Source: Anolis carolinensis (Eukaryota). Taken from it: DNA of 64,000 nucleotides. This document shows, piece by piece, positions 1-10,718 of this stretch. Each line of letters starts with the position of its first letter. Within the stretch, counting starts at the first letter, position 1. The translations under genes and the position numbers were made by a program. The notes under the pieces were generated by a model. It ran no database searches. It saw nothing but the letters and a program-made list of their open reading frames with translations, and was not told the DNA's origin. The DNA lies in the NCBI RefSeq assembly GCF_035594765.1, contig NC_085841.1, forward strand, positions 233,399,326-233,463,325, written 5' to 3'.

Positions 1-93
1 AAAGAATGACAATACAACAATACTTTGGACCTGTTTTTCAAAATTTAGGCTCTGGTTTTGTTGTTGTTTTTTTAACGTTTTTCAAAGACTACC

Positions 94-3000
94 ATGTTGC
101 TAAAACAGACTACTGAATGGCAAAAACATCTCAGAAACAGAGAAAGCCTGAATGGAGCCCTTCTTGCATGGCTTCTCATGGCTTCTCTTCCCTTGTGTGG
201 GTCTTTCCTCTGCTCCCGCCCCTTCCTCCCCATCTTTGAGCTGCAGTTCATTTTCCTCCAAACTGAACCATTTCGCTCCTCCTTTGGAAAGAAAAGGCTT
301 GGCTGTGAGGACAGCCTTCCCAGTCATGGAGGCCAATGTGGGCAGGAAAGGCCTCCCTTCCTCCCCATTCAGGCCTTGAGGCTCCTGGCAGCCCATCTTG
401 GGGCCTGGAGGGTCCTGGGACTCCACATCTTCCCTCAAGCAGCTATTTTGTCCTGTAGGAAGGAAGGAAGGCCATTGGGAAGGAGCTGCCTCTGGTGTTT
501 CAGAGGAAGGAGAGGGGCAGGATGGGGATCTCCATGCTTCAAAGGGGAAAGAGGAGCTGGGAAAGGAAGGTATGCATTTGAGGGAAATACACTCACAGAG
601 GATCCTCAGCATCATGGTGGGAAATGAAATTCATCCACCATGAGGCTGAGGGCCTTACCAGATATGTCCTGAGAAATATAATGGAGCAGCTTTTCACTTT
701 GCATACTTTTAAAACTACATCAGATTTTCAGTCTGTTCTCCCTCTTTAAAGGCAGTCTGCAATATTTGTACTCGTATCTAAAATTGTACATTGCTCTTGG
801 AGTCTCCTCATGAAAAGTGGCTTATAATTTTTGTAACCATTAAAAATGGAATAAAGGGGCATCAGAAAGGAAGGGAAAGCAGCAGGAAAAAGGCTATAAT
901 ATATGCAATTTGGGGAGGAAATAAAAAGACGGACATAGAAGTATTAAGATTTGCTTGGTTTTTCTAGGCTTTTTAAAAAAGATATTGTTTGACTTTAAAA
1001 ATCACAGTTTCAATCTGGCAATGTATGCTCCTCACTGGGCAAAAAAATCTGAAATTTGTAAAGCTATACTGTGCTTCTATCCTTGAATATATTTAGGCAC
1101 ATTTTGGGACATGCATATTTTAACCCTGTTTTAGCTTCTTAATGTAGTTAGCATGTGTATCTGGCCTATTTGACTTTATTTGATCCTTTTCAATGGCTTT
1201 CACCTCTTGGTTTTTCCTGGTCTGCCACCCTGAGACCTTATGGCAAAGAGCAGGGAAGGAAGCACGATGTTCCCAAAGCAGCATCCACTGCAATGAGGCC
1301 TGGCCTCTCCAGCCCTGTGTCTCCAACCAGCCGCACATGCCTTTGCCTCCCACAAAAAGACAGGAAAGAATTCATTGCACTAATCCAAGGAGGGCCCCAG
1401 AATGGAAAGGCAGGGCCCCTTTATTCTCCTGCCAGCATTGGCAAACAGGAGAAACAGCTCCTGTTACAGGAATCTATAAATATTATGCACAGAATGATAG
1501 GTAAAGGTAAAGGTTTCCCCTGACGTTAAGTCCAGTCATGTCTGACTCTGGGGGTTGGTGCTTATCTCCATTTCTAAGCCAAAGAGCAGGTGTTGTCCGT
1601 AGACACCTCCAAGGTCATGTGGCCGGCATGACTGCATGGAGCGCTGTTACCTTCCCGCCGGAGCGGTACCTATTGATCTACTCACATTGGCATGTTTTCG
1701 AACTGCTAGGTTGGCAGGAGCTGGAGCTAACAGCGGCCGCTCCCGCTGCTCCCGGGGTTTGAACCTGGGACCTTTTGGTCTCCAGCTTACTGCTTTAACG
1801 CACTTCGCCACCGGGGCTCCGCTCAGAATGATACAACTAGGTAAACAGCATAAGGCTAACAGAACACAACTTAAGAATAAACATTACACAGTTCAGCAAT
1901 AACTGGAACATTGCCTTCCCCTCTCCTTTGTCATTGCAGGATGCTTTTTGACTTTGGTCTCTCTGATCATCCAAAAAGGGGAAAGAGGAAACTGCCCCCC
2001 AAAAGAATAATAAAGGGAGAACCAAAGTGAAAAGATGCTGACAAGTGCATTCTTCAGCCAAAGTTCTTTAGATCTGAAACAAACCGCCGTCGCAGAAAGG
2101 TCTGCAAAAATTAGGTAACCATTTATATAAGATGGAAATGAGATAATTCAGCTCTAACCTTCTGACCAATAAAGCCCTTTGTTGAAGACTAGAGCAGAGA
2201 CCATGTTGCCACTTAAGGACCAACCACATGGCCCAAAATGCAGATGCTCTTGGACTTTTACTTAAGGAGTCCAAATTATTCCTCCCCCCTTCTCCTGGCA
2301 CATCATTTCTATATGCAAGGAGAACTCTGGCACCAGGGTAATGGCGGCCAGGTAAGTTATTTTTAATTTTTAAGGCTTTTGGGGGGAAATTCCAACATGA
2401 AATTAGAGTGTTACTTATGGAAACTGTACAAGAAAGGTATCTAGAGCTAAACATTATTCACTAGAGCATGGAACTCTAGAGCATGGAACTCTAACATGGG
2501 AACTTAATACATCCAAAGAATACAATTAATCATTAAACTCATTGTCTCTTTTCTCTTTTCTTGGTTCTTTAGGCTCTGGCTGGAGTAACATGGAAGTTTC
2601 CTGAACTTCATTCTCGATTGGTGCCTTGCTGCTCTTCCCTTTTCACCCAACAGCTGAATCTCTTGGTGAAGGCTAGAAATAGGATAGAAAGGCTGCCATG
2701 TTGGCACCCTTTCAGTTCTCCTCTTGACCCTTCCAGTTCATCTGAGTAATGCTTGTGCTGCTTCCACCTCCAGGCTGAGAGAAGAGGGAAGGCCAAGCCT
2801 GATCCCCAGAGAGAGAGGGACATTGCAGGCTAAGACGTGTCATGGAAGAGTGCCTTTGTTGGGGCCTTGGCTTTCCTCTCACAGAAGGGGTCCCACCTGA
2901 AAGATAGGCCCAGAAACTCCAGGATGATGTCAACAGTGGGGGAACAGCGCCTCCAGAGGATGTTGAGAAAATCCTGGAGGCTCATTGTTTGCAAGGACAA

Positions 3001-4396
3001 CAGGCAGGACATGTCAAGGTTTTAAAATGTTCTCCTGCAGTGGAAGATTAACTAGAGGCCTGCTCTCTTGTTTGGAACATGGTGATAGCTGGAGAAGGCT
3101 GTTAAGATGGTGGACAGCTTGACTGGGATGTTGAAACCAGGCTGTCAGCAGCATCCTAGTCTTCTGGGTGAGGTCCATGGTGGGCCAGAAGCAGCAAGGG
3201 GGTGTCATGGGGTCCTCAGGCAGATGGCGGGCAGGAAGCGGCTCACAGGATCCCTGATGAAGAGGGTGCCCTGGTGAGGAGGGACCTCCAGGGTGGGCAT
3301 GGGCAAGGCCAGCAGCACTTCCACCGCCTCCTTCCTTGCCAAGAGGGGCCAGAGCGCTCCCTGATTCCGGCGCCAAGGCTGCTTCCCTCCCTGAGGCCCC
3401 ATGAGGGATCCCAGCCAGAGAGACCAAGCTGGACCTTGTCCCTGAACCTCCTGCAGTCCTTGGCTTCTTACTACAACTTGTGGGCCATTCCCTCAGGGCA
3501 TATTGTGGGATCTTCTAGCATCTTCTTGGAGGTCTGGTTGAAGGACATGCAAGTCACCCACTTCACTAGCATCAAGATGATCTTTGCCAGTTCTCTGCAG
3601 AAAAATTAAAAAAGGCTTACTTCTCAGAGTAGACTTTGAGTCAACCATCTGGCCCCACAAAGGGGCCGAGAGCCCCACTGTCTCTTCCTCCCCATCCTCT
3701 TCTTTCTCTGGAGGAACTTAGCTGCTGCTCCAGTTCCTTGTGGGCACCTTCAACCCAGGCCTTGTGACCTTGATGAAGTTGGTCACCAAGGCGAGCAGAA
3801 ACTCCAGGAACCATACCTCCAGGCGAGTGCTGTCTCTGATGTGGCTGATGATCCCTCCGATGATTCGCGTTGCTCTTGCCTGTGAAGAGAAAAGAGGAGG
3901 TTTGAGCCTCAATGTAAGAAAAGTTCCTGTTGAAGGCCAGGAAAGAGGGAGTCCCACTCTCCTTCCCTAGTCCCAAAGACAAAGTGCAGGTGGGATGTCC
4001 GTATTGTGGCCGCATCTAAAGTGGGGCCGCCCTGTTCCTTGTCCTCCTGGGCCAGCCAAGGGCCCTCCTTCACCTTGGCCAGGAACATTTCGAGCACTGC
4101 CTCCAAGCTGCAGTAGGGTGTATTGAGGATGGTGCATATCAATTCACCACAAGCTCTGTGAAGAGAGGGAAGAAGGGGCCATGGTCAGCATCAGTCTTCT
4201 GGGATGTACCTGCCACCTGGAAGGTCTCTGCAGGAGGCCCCTCTCCACGTCCTGAAGAAGGCATTGGGTGATGCATCCTTGGTGGTCGTCCCAGGCCTTG
4301 CTAGAGGGAACTCTAGGCCTTACCTACTCTGGAACCAGGGAGTACCACCTCCGGGGCTTCAGAGCCAGATCTTCCACTTCCTCTTGGCCCAGGGAG
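94..4396 (-). pseudogene. Degraded multi-exon gene fragment, MROH (maestro heat-like repeat) family-like
   Basis: GC-rich block with short minus-strand segments bounded by pyrimidine tract-AG and GT: 4396-4324, 4155-4074 (ACGELICTILNTPYCSLEAVLEMFLAK), 3879-3817 (ARATRIIGGIISHIRDSTRLE, phase-compatible with the previous exon); further acceptors near 3595 and 453. The amphipathic HEAT-like peptides resemble MROH1 from memory. Stops and phase conflicts imply a pseudogene. Family assignment is not database-verified. Confidence 0.4.
1500..1820 (-). mobile_element. Sauria SINE, full length
   Basis: tRNA-derived head GGAGCCCCGGTGGCG at 1820, (ACCTTT)n tail at 1500; 13-bp TSD gcacagaatgata (1487-1499) / gctcagaatgata (1821-1833). 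Confidence 0.93.
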
Positions 4397-5872
4397 CTGG
4401 AAAAGAGGCACAAGGAGGTGAGGCCTGGCAGGGCAGGAACTGAGGCCAAGGGTCCCTCTAGGGACTTCATCGCATTAAGGTAATGAAATGGATGAAAATG
4501 TTTAGCTCAGTAGAGTTCAGTAGAGTTCCATTTTCTTATGAAACAGATGAATTCCTTACCTTCACCACACTTCCATGCAACTTCGTATGTTCTCCGCATT
4601 CTTTGAGTAAATTTCTCACCACATTACAGATCTGAGGCCCTGCCCACCATCCCTCTCCCCGCATTATTAGGAATTAGATGTTTCAGTGTTATTTCTTGCA
4701 TGGGGGAAGGGGGAAAAACTCTGCAACTTAGTTGTATGTGCTCCGGGAACAAAGTATTATACACTGTATAATTCTTTCAAAATCATATACAAACAAATTG
4801 TTAGGGGATACTTGCATCATAATCCCACATTTTCAACCTAGGAACAATGAAGGCCACTACATTACAGAAAAGGCCAAACTTCCAGATGATTTCAAAAAAT
4901 CCAGTTCCCTACCATCTTCTGAAATGTTGAAAAAGACTGCAGACCACCACACTTAAAAATACACAAGGAATGCTCTCTTCTACACTTGAAGCTAAACTAA
5001 TGTGGTGGGAGCAGTGGCTTCTCAGATTTTAAGTGTAGCAGTCAGTCGAATTTAGTAAATGTGATGAAGTGGTAAGAATTTACTAGGTATTTCCAGGAAA
5101 TTCTATGAAAGTTGGCTCTGGCCAAAAGCACTGAAACATTTTTAATGCTCAGACAGATTCATACAAGTAGAAGGAGGTTTCAGACAACCTTGTTCCACAC
5201 AGTTTAGGGCATGAAAACATAAAACCTACAGTTTGAATTGGTGAGCACTTAATGCACGACAACAAATAGTGTTGAGTCAAGAAGAAAGTCTATACTGAAA
5301 CCTAGGAATTTCAGGAGGACTGCAAGGGAACAGGTGACAAAACTTTCACAGAGCACATCTACACTGACCATTTAGGTTAGTTTGGAGGCAGATTATGAGC
5401 GTCCACAAAATGCACACAGGCCGATCTAGTTTAACCTGGGAAAGCTACTTAAGGTGGCTGTACCAAAGGTTAAAATAACTCCGAATCCTGCAGTAAGATT
5501 TGAGGTTTACCCTGACTTCTGGCAGGGAAACTGGGCAGTCACGTTGAAATTTGTGTGTGAATAATGAAGGTTAGGGTTTATTTCTGTCTTAGTTTTCTCT
5601 CAAAGTGTAATTCAAAGAGATTAGTTAGATGCCTAACTCTGATACTGTTTTTTAAAATAAAAAAATAAACAAAACTTCAGTTGGACTCCCATCATTAGAA
5701 ATTCTGAAGGGGGAAAAAAAGAGTGGAACAGGGTTGGGAAATCCTGAGGCATGAAAACATGATCTGAATCTATTTCAACAAGAGGGAGAAATTAGAACAT
5801 TTAAAGAACCCAGCATGGCTTCATAAAGAGCTCTATGCTGAATTGAAGTTCAAAAAGCTAAAGATAGTAGAA

Positions 5873-6007
5873 CAGTGGCTCTCAACCTGTGGGTCTCCTG
5901 GTGTTTTGGGCTACAACTCCCAGAAATTCCAGCCAGTTTACCAGCTGTTAGGATTTCTAGGAGTTGAAGGCCAAAACATCTGGGGACCCACAGGATAAGA
6001 ACCACTG
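5873..6007. mobile_element. hAT (Charlie/Buster-type) MITE, ~135 bp, palindromic
   Basis: TIRs cagtggctctcaacct...aggataagaaccactg; 8-bp TSD tagtagaa/gagtagaa; seven more full or partial copies in the window. Confidence 0.9.
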
Positions 6008-6075
6008 GAGTAGAAGAAGAAAGATAGTAAAGTATGTTGATGGTGTTAGAAAAGTGAATGCACCAAAAGGGCTGA

Positions 6076-6235
6076 GCCTAAAAGAACAAAAAAGGTTTTT
6101 TCAAGTGTATTAGGAGCAAGGAGAGGAGCAAAGAAAGTATACATCCGCACTTCGGAGAAGGTATGAAATCATTCAAGACAATAGAGAGAAACAGATCTAC
6201 TCATCTCCTATTTTGTTTCAGTCTTCACCTATAAG
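6076..6235 (+). mobile_element. CR1 LINE ORF2 fragment, degraded
   Basis: Translates approximately KNKKGFFKCIRSKERSKES...NREKxDLLISYFVSVF, typical of the CR1 region between endonuclease and RT. Confidence 0.65.
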
Positions 6236-7239
6236 GGAGAAATAATATAAAAATGACTGTCAGGAGAACCTAGGTCAAATGATGTGATCAGGGATTTGCT
6301 GTCAAGAATAAGTAAAGATAGGCATAGATAGTTCCTTGTACTTTAAGTGAATGAGTTTATGTGCATTATTTCAGAGTAACCATCTGCAGTCTTTATAGTC
6401 CTATAATGTGGTGAACATTCACTTGAGGCATCCCAATGACATTCAAGGCTAATACGGTTTAATCCAGTTTTATTCTAGGTTTCCAAAAATACCTGCAAAA
6501 ATCTGGACCTTTCACTAAGGTCAGATGCTTAGAGTCTAAAATTGGATACAGGGATATAATAGGCAAGCGAAAATAAGACAAAGTAAATAGGGAGATAATA
6601 TACAGTTAGTTCTGTTGCATGTAATTAAACATATTTACAATGGGCAATGGGGACTGTTGGCTCAGAACATTTCAATTTCAACATATTTACAGCAAATATT
6701 TGAACAGCACAATGTTGCTCACAGGGTTTGGTGTGTCATGAATCAGAGGAGAATATATTACAAAGCAATCTCTCAGTGTAATGGAACTATGTCAGCTTTG
6801 TATTAGCACCTCTATATGTTATTCTCCAGGCCCCAATACATAGTTAACACTTTCATAAATTCATCAAGAGAACCATAGTGTTTAGATGGGTTCCTCTGCC
6901 AATGTCTGCTTCTATCCTAAGGATTCTGTACAGTTAGTTAGATTGTAAATATAACCCTAGAAGTATAAATATAAACGGCTCCCTCTTGATAGAGCCTATT
7001 GCTGACATATCTTCAGGATGAGAAATAGCCTCAATCAGATTTTCATCTAGCATAAATAAAAAGTGATTTTGGATTATTTATAACTGTTTGGCCAGATGAG
7101 AAATCAGGCAAAGTAGATCATTCCAAAGCTATAAAATATTTGCAAAGAAGCCCAAGAAAAACAGCAACTTTATGTTAGCAGTTAACATCTTTATAATTCT
7201 CAATGGGGTGTGGTGATTCTACATTACTTCTAGCATAAA

Positions 7240-7420
7240 ATCATAATATTATAGAACCAAAAGGAATCCCAAGGAGCACCAAGACCAACTCACAACTAAA
7301 GCATCCATAATAAGTGGCCATCCAATCTGTTTCATAACTTCTAATGAAGGAGAGCTTACTACCTTCCAAGGTGATCTGTTGTCAAATAGCTCTTATTGAC
7401 AGTAAGCCCCTCTAATGTTT
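7240..7420 (-). mobile_element. CR1 LINE 3' end fragment, degraded
   Basis: Similar to the clearer CR1 3' end at 61225-61398 (aaagcatcc...ggccatccaatctg...gaaggagagcttactacc). Confidence 0.55.
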
Positions 7421-8618
7421 ACTCCTACGATGTCATCTGAGGAGGCTTGGGAAGCATCCTAGGATGCTTCCTCACCAGTTCAGTGATAAATGGGTATGAT
7501 ACCCACCCTACAATGTCTCTGGACTTTTGTTAGACGCTCCACTCACAAGTGGAGTGGAAGCATCATACAATGCTTCCTTCCCAACATGAGAACTTGCCCA
7601 TGTTGTACTGGCTACAATGGAGCCATAAAGTGTCCTCACCTCTTGGGCAACACTTCCCACATGTGATGGGGAAAGCGTGGCCACAAGTGAGTGTCGCGTG
7701 AAACAACAGATTTGCCTTGCTGCCCATTTCTTTAGAGTAGCCAGAAGAAGCAGGACACTTTGCCTGGCTCATGTGATAAGGCCGTTAATCTTTATTCTTA
7801 CAATTTAAATCCATTTTTCAGGCCCTATTGGTGAAAGCAGCACCTCCCCCCCCCCCCCACACCTTTTAGATTTAATTTCCAATTCCTTGATTGTGTTAGG
7901 TGAGATATTAGTTCTACTGCTTTCTCCAAAGTGAGAATATGGACCTGGATGTGGGGCCCTGAATCAAATTAGAAAGGGGACAAACATACATGGAACCACC
8001 AGGCCCAGAGCTGTTTTCAGTTTCTACTCACAGCACTGGTCAGGTTAAATAAAACTTCATTCAGAAGTGCCAGTGATTTATAGGACTTTCAGCATTACAT
8101 AAACAATGAGAATGCGTGCATGAGTAAAAGTTGTTTAATATGGCAAAGTTTAGAGAACAGAGCTTTTCTGACCCTTATTAGCACAAATGCCATCGTTTCT
8201 GCAAACAAATGGCTGTTTTCAAGGTAATATAGCCAACTTGAAAATATTTCTCACTACCTCATCTGGGGCAGTAATCCTGAACATAGTTCTTGCATTTGTA
8301 GCAATTATGAAAAAACCAGTGGATGTGATCTAAATCCATACACAATGCCTGAATTGTTGTTGCCATCATTGTCCTCCTAAGCAATGATGTATGTTTTTCA
8401 GAGAAGAAAAATATCCAAGATTTTTTTCAGGTCCCTAAATAAATAGAGATCTAATTTCTTTTCTTCATTTTCTGAAACTCAATTTTATTACCATGATTAG
8501 ATTTCTAGTCAGACTGCCTAAAGATCAGATCCTCTGTTTCCTGTGAATGCTTTCTATTGAGCCTGATGTGGAAGTTAAAAAAGGGTTAACTGCATTATCA
8601 AATTAGTAATAGTAATAG

Positions 8619-8800
8619 GGTGCTTTGATTGTGCTTTCCCTGCATGAGGCAGAATAAAGGGGTTTGGACTAGATGGCATTTAGAGGTCCCTTCCAACTCT
8701 AGGATTCTATGAAAGGAGTCTTAGTCGAACATGAGCCGAACATAAGCCAACAGTGTGATACTGCAGCTGAATATGCCAATGCCATTCTAGGCTGCAGCAT
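8619..8800 (+). mobile_element. CR1 3' tail plus adjacent CR1 ORF2 fragment
   Basis: gaggtcccttccaactctaggattctatga CR1 terminus; then aacagtgtgatactgcagctgaatatgccaatgccattctaggctgc (QQCDxAAxxANAILGC motif). Confidence 0.65.
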
Positions 8801-8889
8801 CACACTGAAAGGCCAATGCCGTTCTGAATGGGAGAAACCTGAGAGGAGGTGAAAAAGAACTGATATGACACTTTACCTCAGCTGGTTTT

Positions 8890-9095
8890 TTAATTGCTTT
8901 TAATGGTAATTATTTAATGCAACTGTTTATTTTAACTTATTGTACAATGTTTAGCATTGTCTTTTGTTTAATTTTTTTATGGTTTTTTTTGTTTAAATAG
9001 ACATTGAATGTTTGCCTGTTACTATGTTGGAAGCTGTCCTAAGTCCCCATGGGGAGATAGGGTGGGGTACAAATAAATTATTATTAAGTTATTAT
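8890..9095 (+). mobile_element. L2-type LINE 3' UTR/tail fragment
   Basis: T-rich UTR, terminal stem-loop gtcctaagtccccatggggagatagggtggggtacaaataaa, then (TTA)n; the same terminus recurs at ~24960, ~32190 and ~43470. Confidence 0.6.
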
Positions 9096-9165
9096 TGATA
9101 CCATATAGTTTTTGCTGACCTTCCTTTTCCATTTACAGAGCTAGTTTACTCTTTTTCTTTGAAAC

Positions 9166-9166
<1 letters not shown>

Positions 9167-9213
<47 letters not shown>
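9167..9213 (+). repeat. (TAA)n microsatellite, 5' flank/target of the R4/Dong element
   Basis: Perfect TAA run abutting the truncated LINE; a second TAA run flanks its 3' end at 16361-16380. Confidence 0.95.
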
Positions 9214-9216
<3 letters not shown>

Positions 9217-10272
9217 GAGTTTGGTTTGGACAAATGTTCGACAGTGGCATTGAAGAAGGGAAAAATCATTGAAAGTGAGGGCATAAATATGCCCAATGGC
9301 CAAACAATAAAGTGTCACCAGCCAGAGGCCTATAAATATCTGGGCATATTGCAACTGGACAACATAAAGCATGAACATGTGAAAACTGTGGTCAGCAAAG
9401 AATACACACAAAGGGTCAGAAAAATTCTCAAAAGCAAGCTCAATGGAGGCAACACCATCAAGGCCATAAACACCTGGGCCATACCTGTCATAAGATATAC
9501 TGCTGGCATCATAAACTGGACACAGATGGAACTGGACAATTTGGACAGAAAAACAAGAAAACTCATGACCATCCATCATTCACTGCACCCTCGCAGTGAT
9601 GTTGACCAGCTCTATCTACCTAGAAGATCAGGGGGCAGAGGACTCTTACAAGTAAAACAAGCAGTCAAAGAAGAAGAACATGCCCTGGCAGAATATGTAA
9701 AGCAAAGTGAAGAACCTGCTTTGATTGAAGTCAAAAATCAGAAACTCCTCAAAGCACAGCAGACAAAAAACCAGTACAAGAAAGCCACACTACAAACTAG
9801 ATCTGACAGCTGGCACAAAAAAAACACTGCATGGAAAGTTCCCTGACAAAATTGAAGGAAAAGCTGATAAGGAGAAGACCTGGCTCTGGCTCACGAATGG
9901 GACCCTGAAGAAGGAGACAGAAGGCCTGATCCTTGCAGCCCAGGAGCAAGCCATCAGAACAAATGCAATCAAGGCCAAGATCGAAAAATCAGCTGATGAC
10001 CCAAAATGCAGACTGTGCAAGGAAACCGACGAAACCATTGATCATATCCTCAGCTGCTGTAAGAAAATTGCACAGACAGACTACAAACAGAGGCACAACT
10101 CTGTGGCCCAAATGATTCATTGGAACTTATGCCTCAAGTACCACCTCCCTGCAATAAAGAACTGGTGGGATCACAAACCTGCAAAGGTTGTGGAAAATGA
10201 GCACGCAAAGATACTGTGGGACTTCCAAATCCAGACTGACAAAGTTCTGGAACACAACACACCAGACATCAC

Positions 10273-10643
10273 TGTCAGGCTCACTTCAAAGGACCAGTCT
10301 GAACGCAGATCAAAGATAGCTGCTCTCAAATTCAATCTTTATTGAAGAATACATGACTTTGGAAAAGTCGAGAATGACCTAATGTTTACATACATCTAAT
10401 TTTATCACTTCTGATGCAACGTAATATCACACGCAAATATCATCATCAAACCCCACCTTCGGGATCATATTTCTACCATGATTTCTATTCCCACACACTA
10501 CAGCAATTATAATTGTTTATACTTTCAACTCTGAGTTCCCAGGCTCATTTTATCTTCTCCCGCCAGGTGCTTGCAGGATTGTTTATGTTATGAAGTCAGA
10601 TTCAGGGCTTGGAAATTCAGCCCTGGAATCTGGCTCCATGACA
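10273..10643 (-). repeat. 3' LTR of the Gypsy element
   Basis: Direct repeat of 15594-15964; TG...CA ends; AATAAA on the minus strand. Confidence 0.96.
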
Positions 10644-10695
10644 TGGCGCCCTCGTTTTCTTCGTCCTCCTCTTCGGTTCTTCTTTCATCATAGTT
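10588..10695 (-). CDS. Predicted second coding exon of a spliced gag mRNA (NYDERRTEEEDEENEGAMSWSQIPGLNFQALNLTS*)
   Basis: Preceded by acceptor ttattgtttgatttgtttcAG (AG at 10697-10696); phase 0, matching donor CTG|GTGAGT at 13911/13910; open for 35 codons through the PPT into U3. Predicted, not observed. Confidence 0.6.
   Translation of the reverse strand, partial: NYDERRTEEEDEENEGAMSWSQIPGLNFQALNLTS
10644..10690 (-). promoter_or_regulatory. Polypurine tract region
   Basis: gaaagaagaaccgaagaggaggacgaagaaaacgagggcgcca immediately upstream of the 3' LTR on the element sense strand. Confidence 0.7.
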
Positions 10696-10718
10696 CTGAA
10701 ACAAATCAAACAATAACT

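Noticed and set aside
3014-3427. MVSLA... and GPFFPL peptides reminiscent of TEX10
   Set aside because: Matches are very short, GPFFPL falls in a polypyrimidine tract, and exon-bounded peptides fit MROH-like HEAT repeats better.
10644-10660. TGGCGCCC right after the left LTR looks like a tRNA-Lys PBS for a plus-strand element
   Set aside because: Only 8 nt match. The ORF, TATA/Inr/AATAAA and purine tract all show minus-strand polarity, so this is the PPT side.
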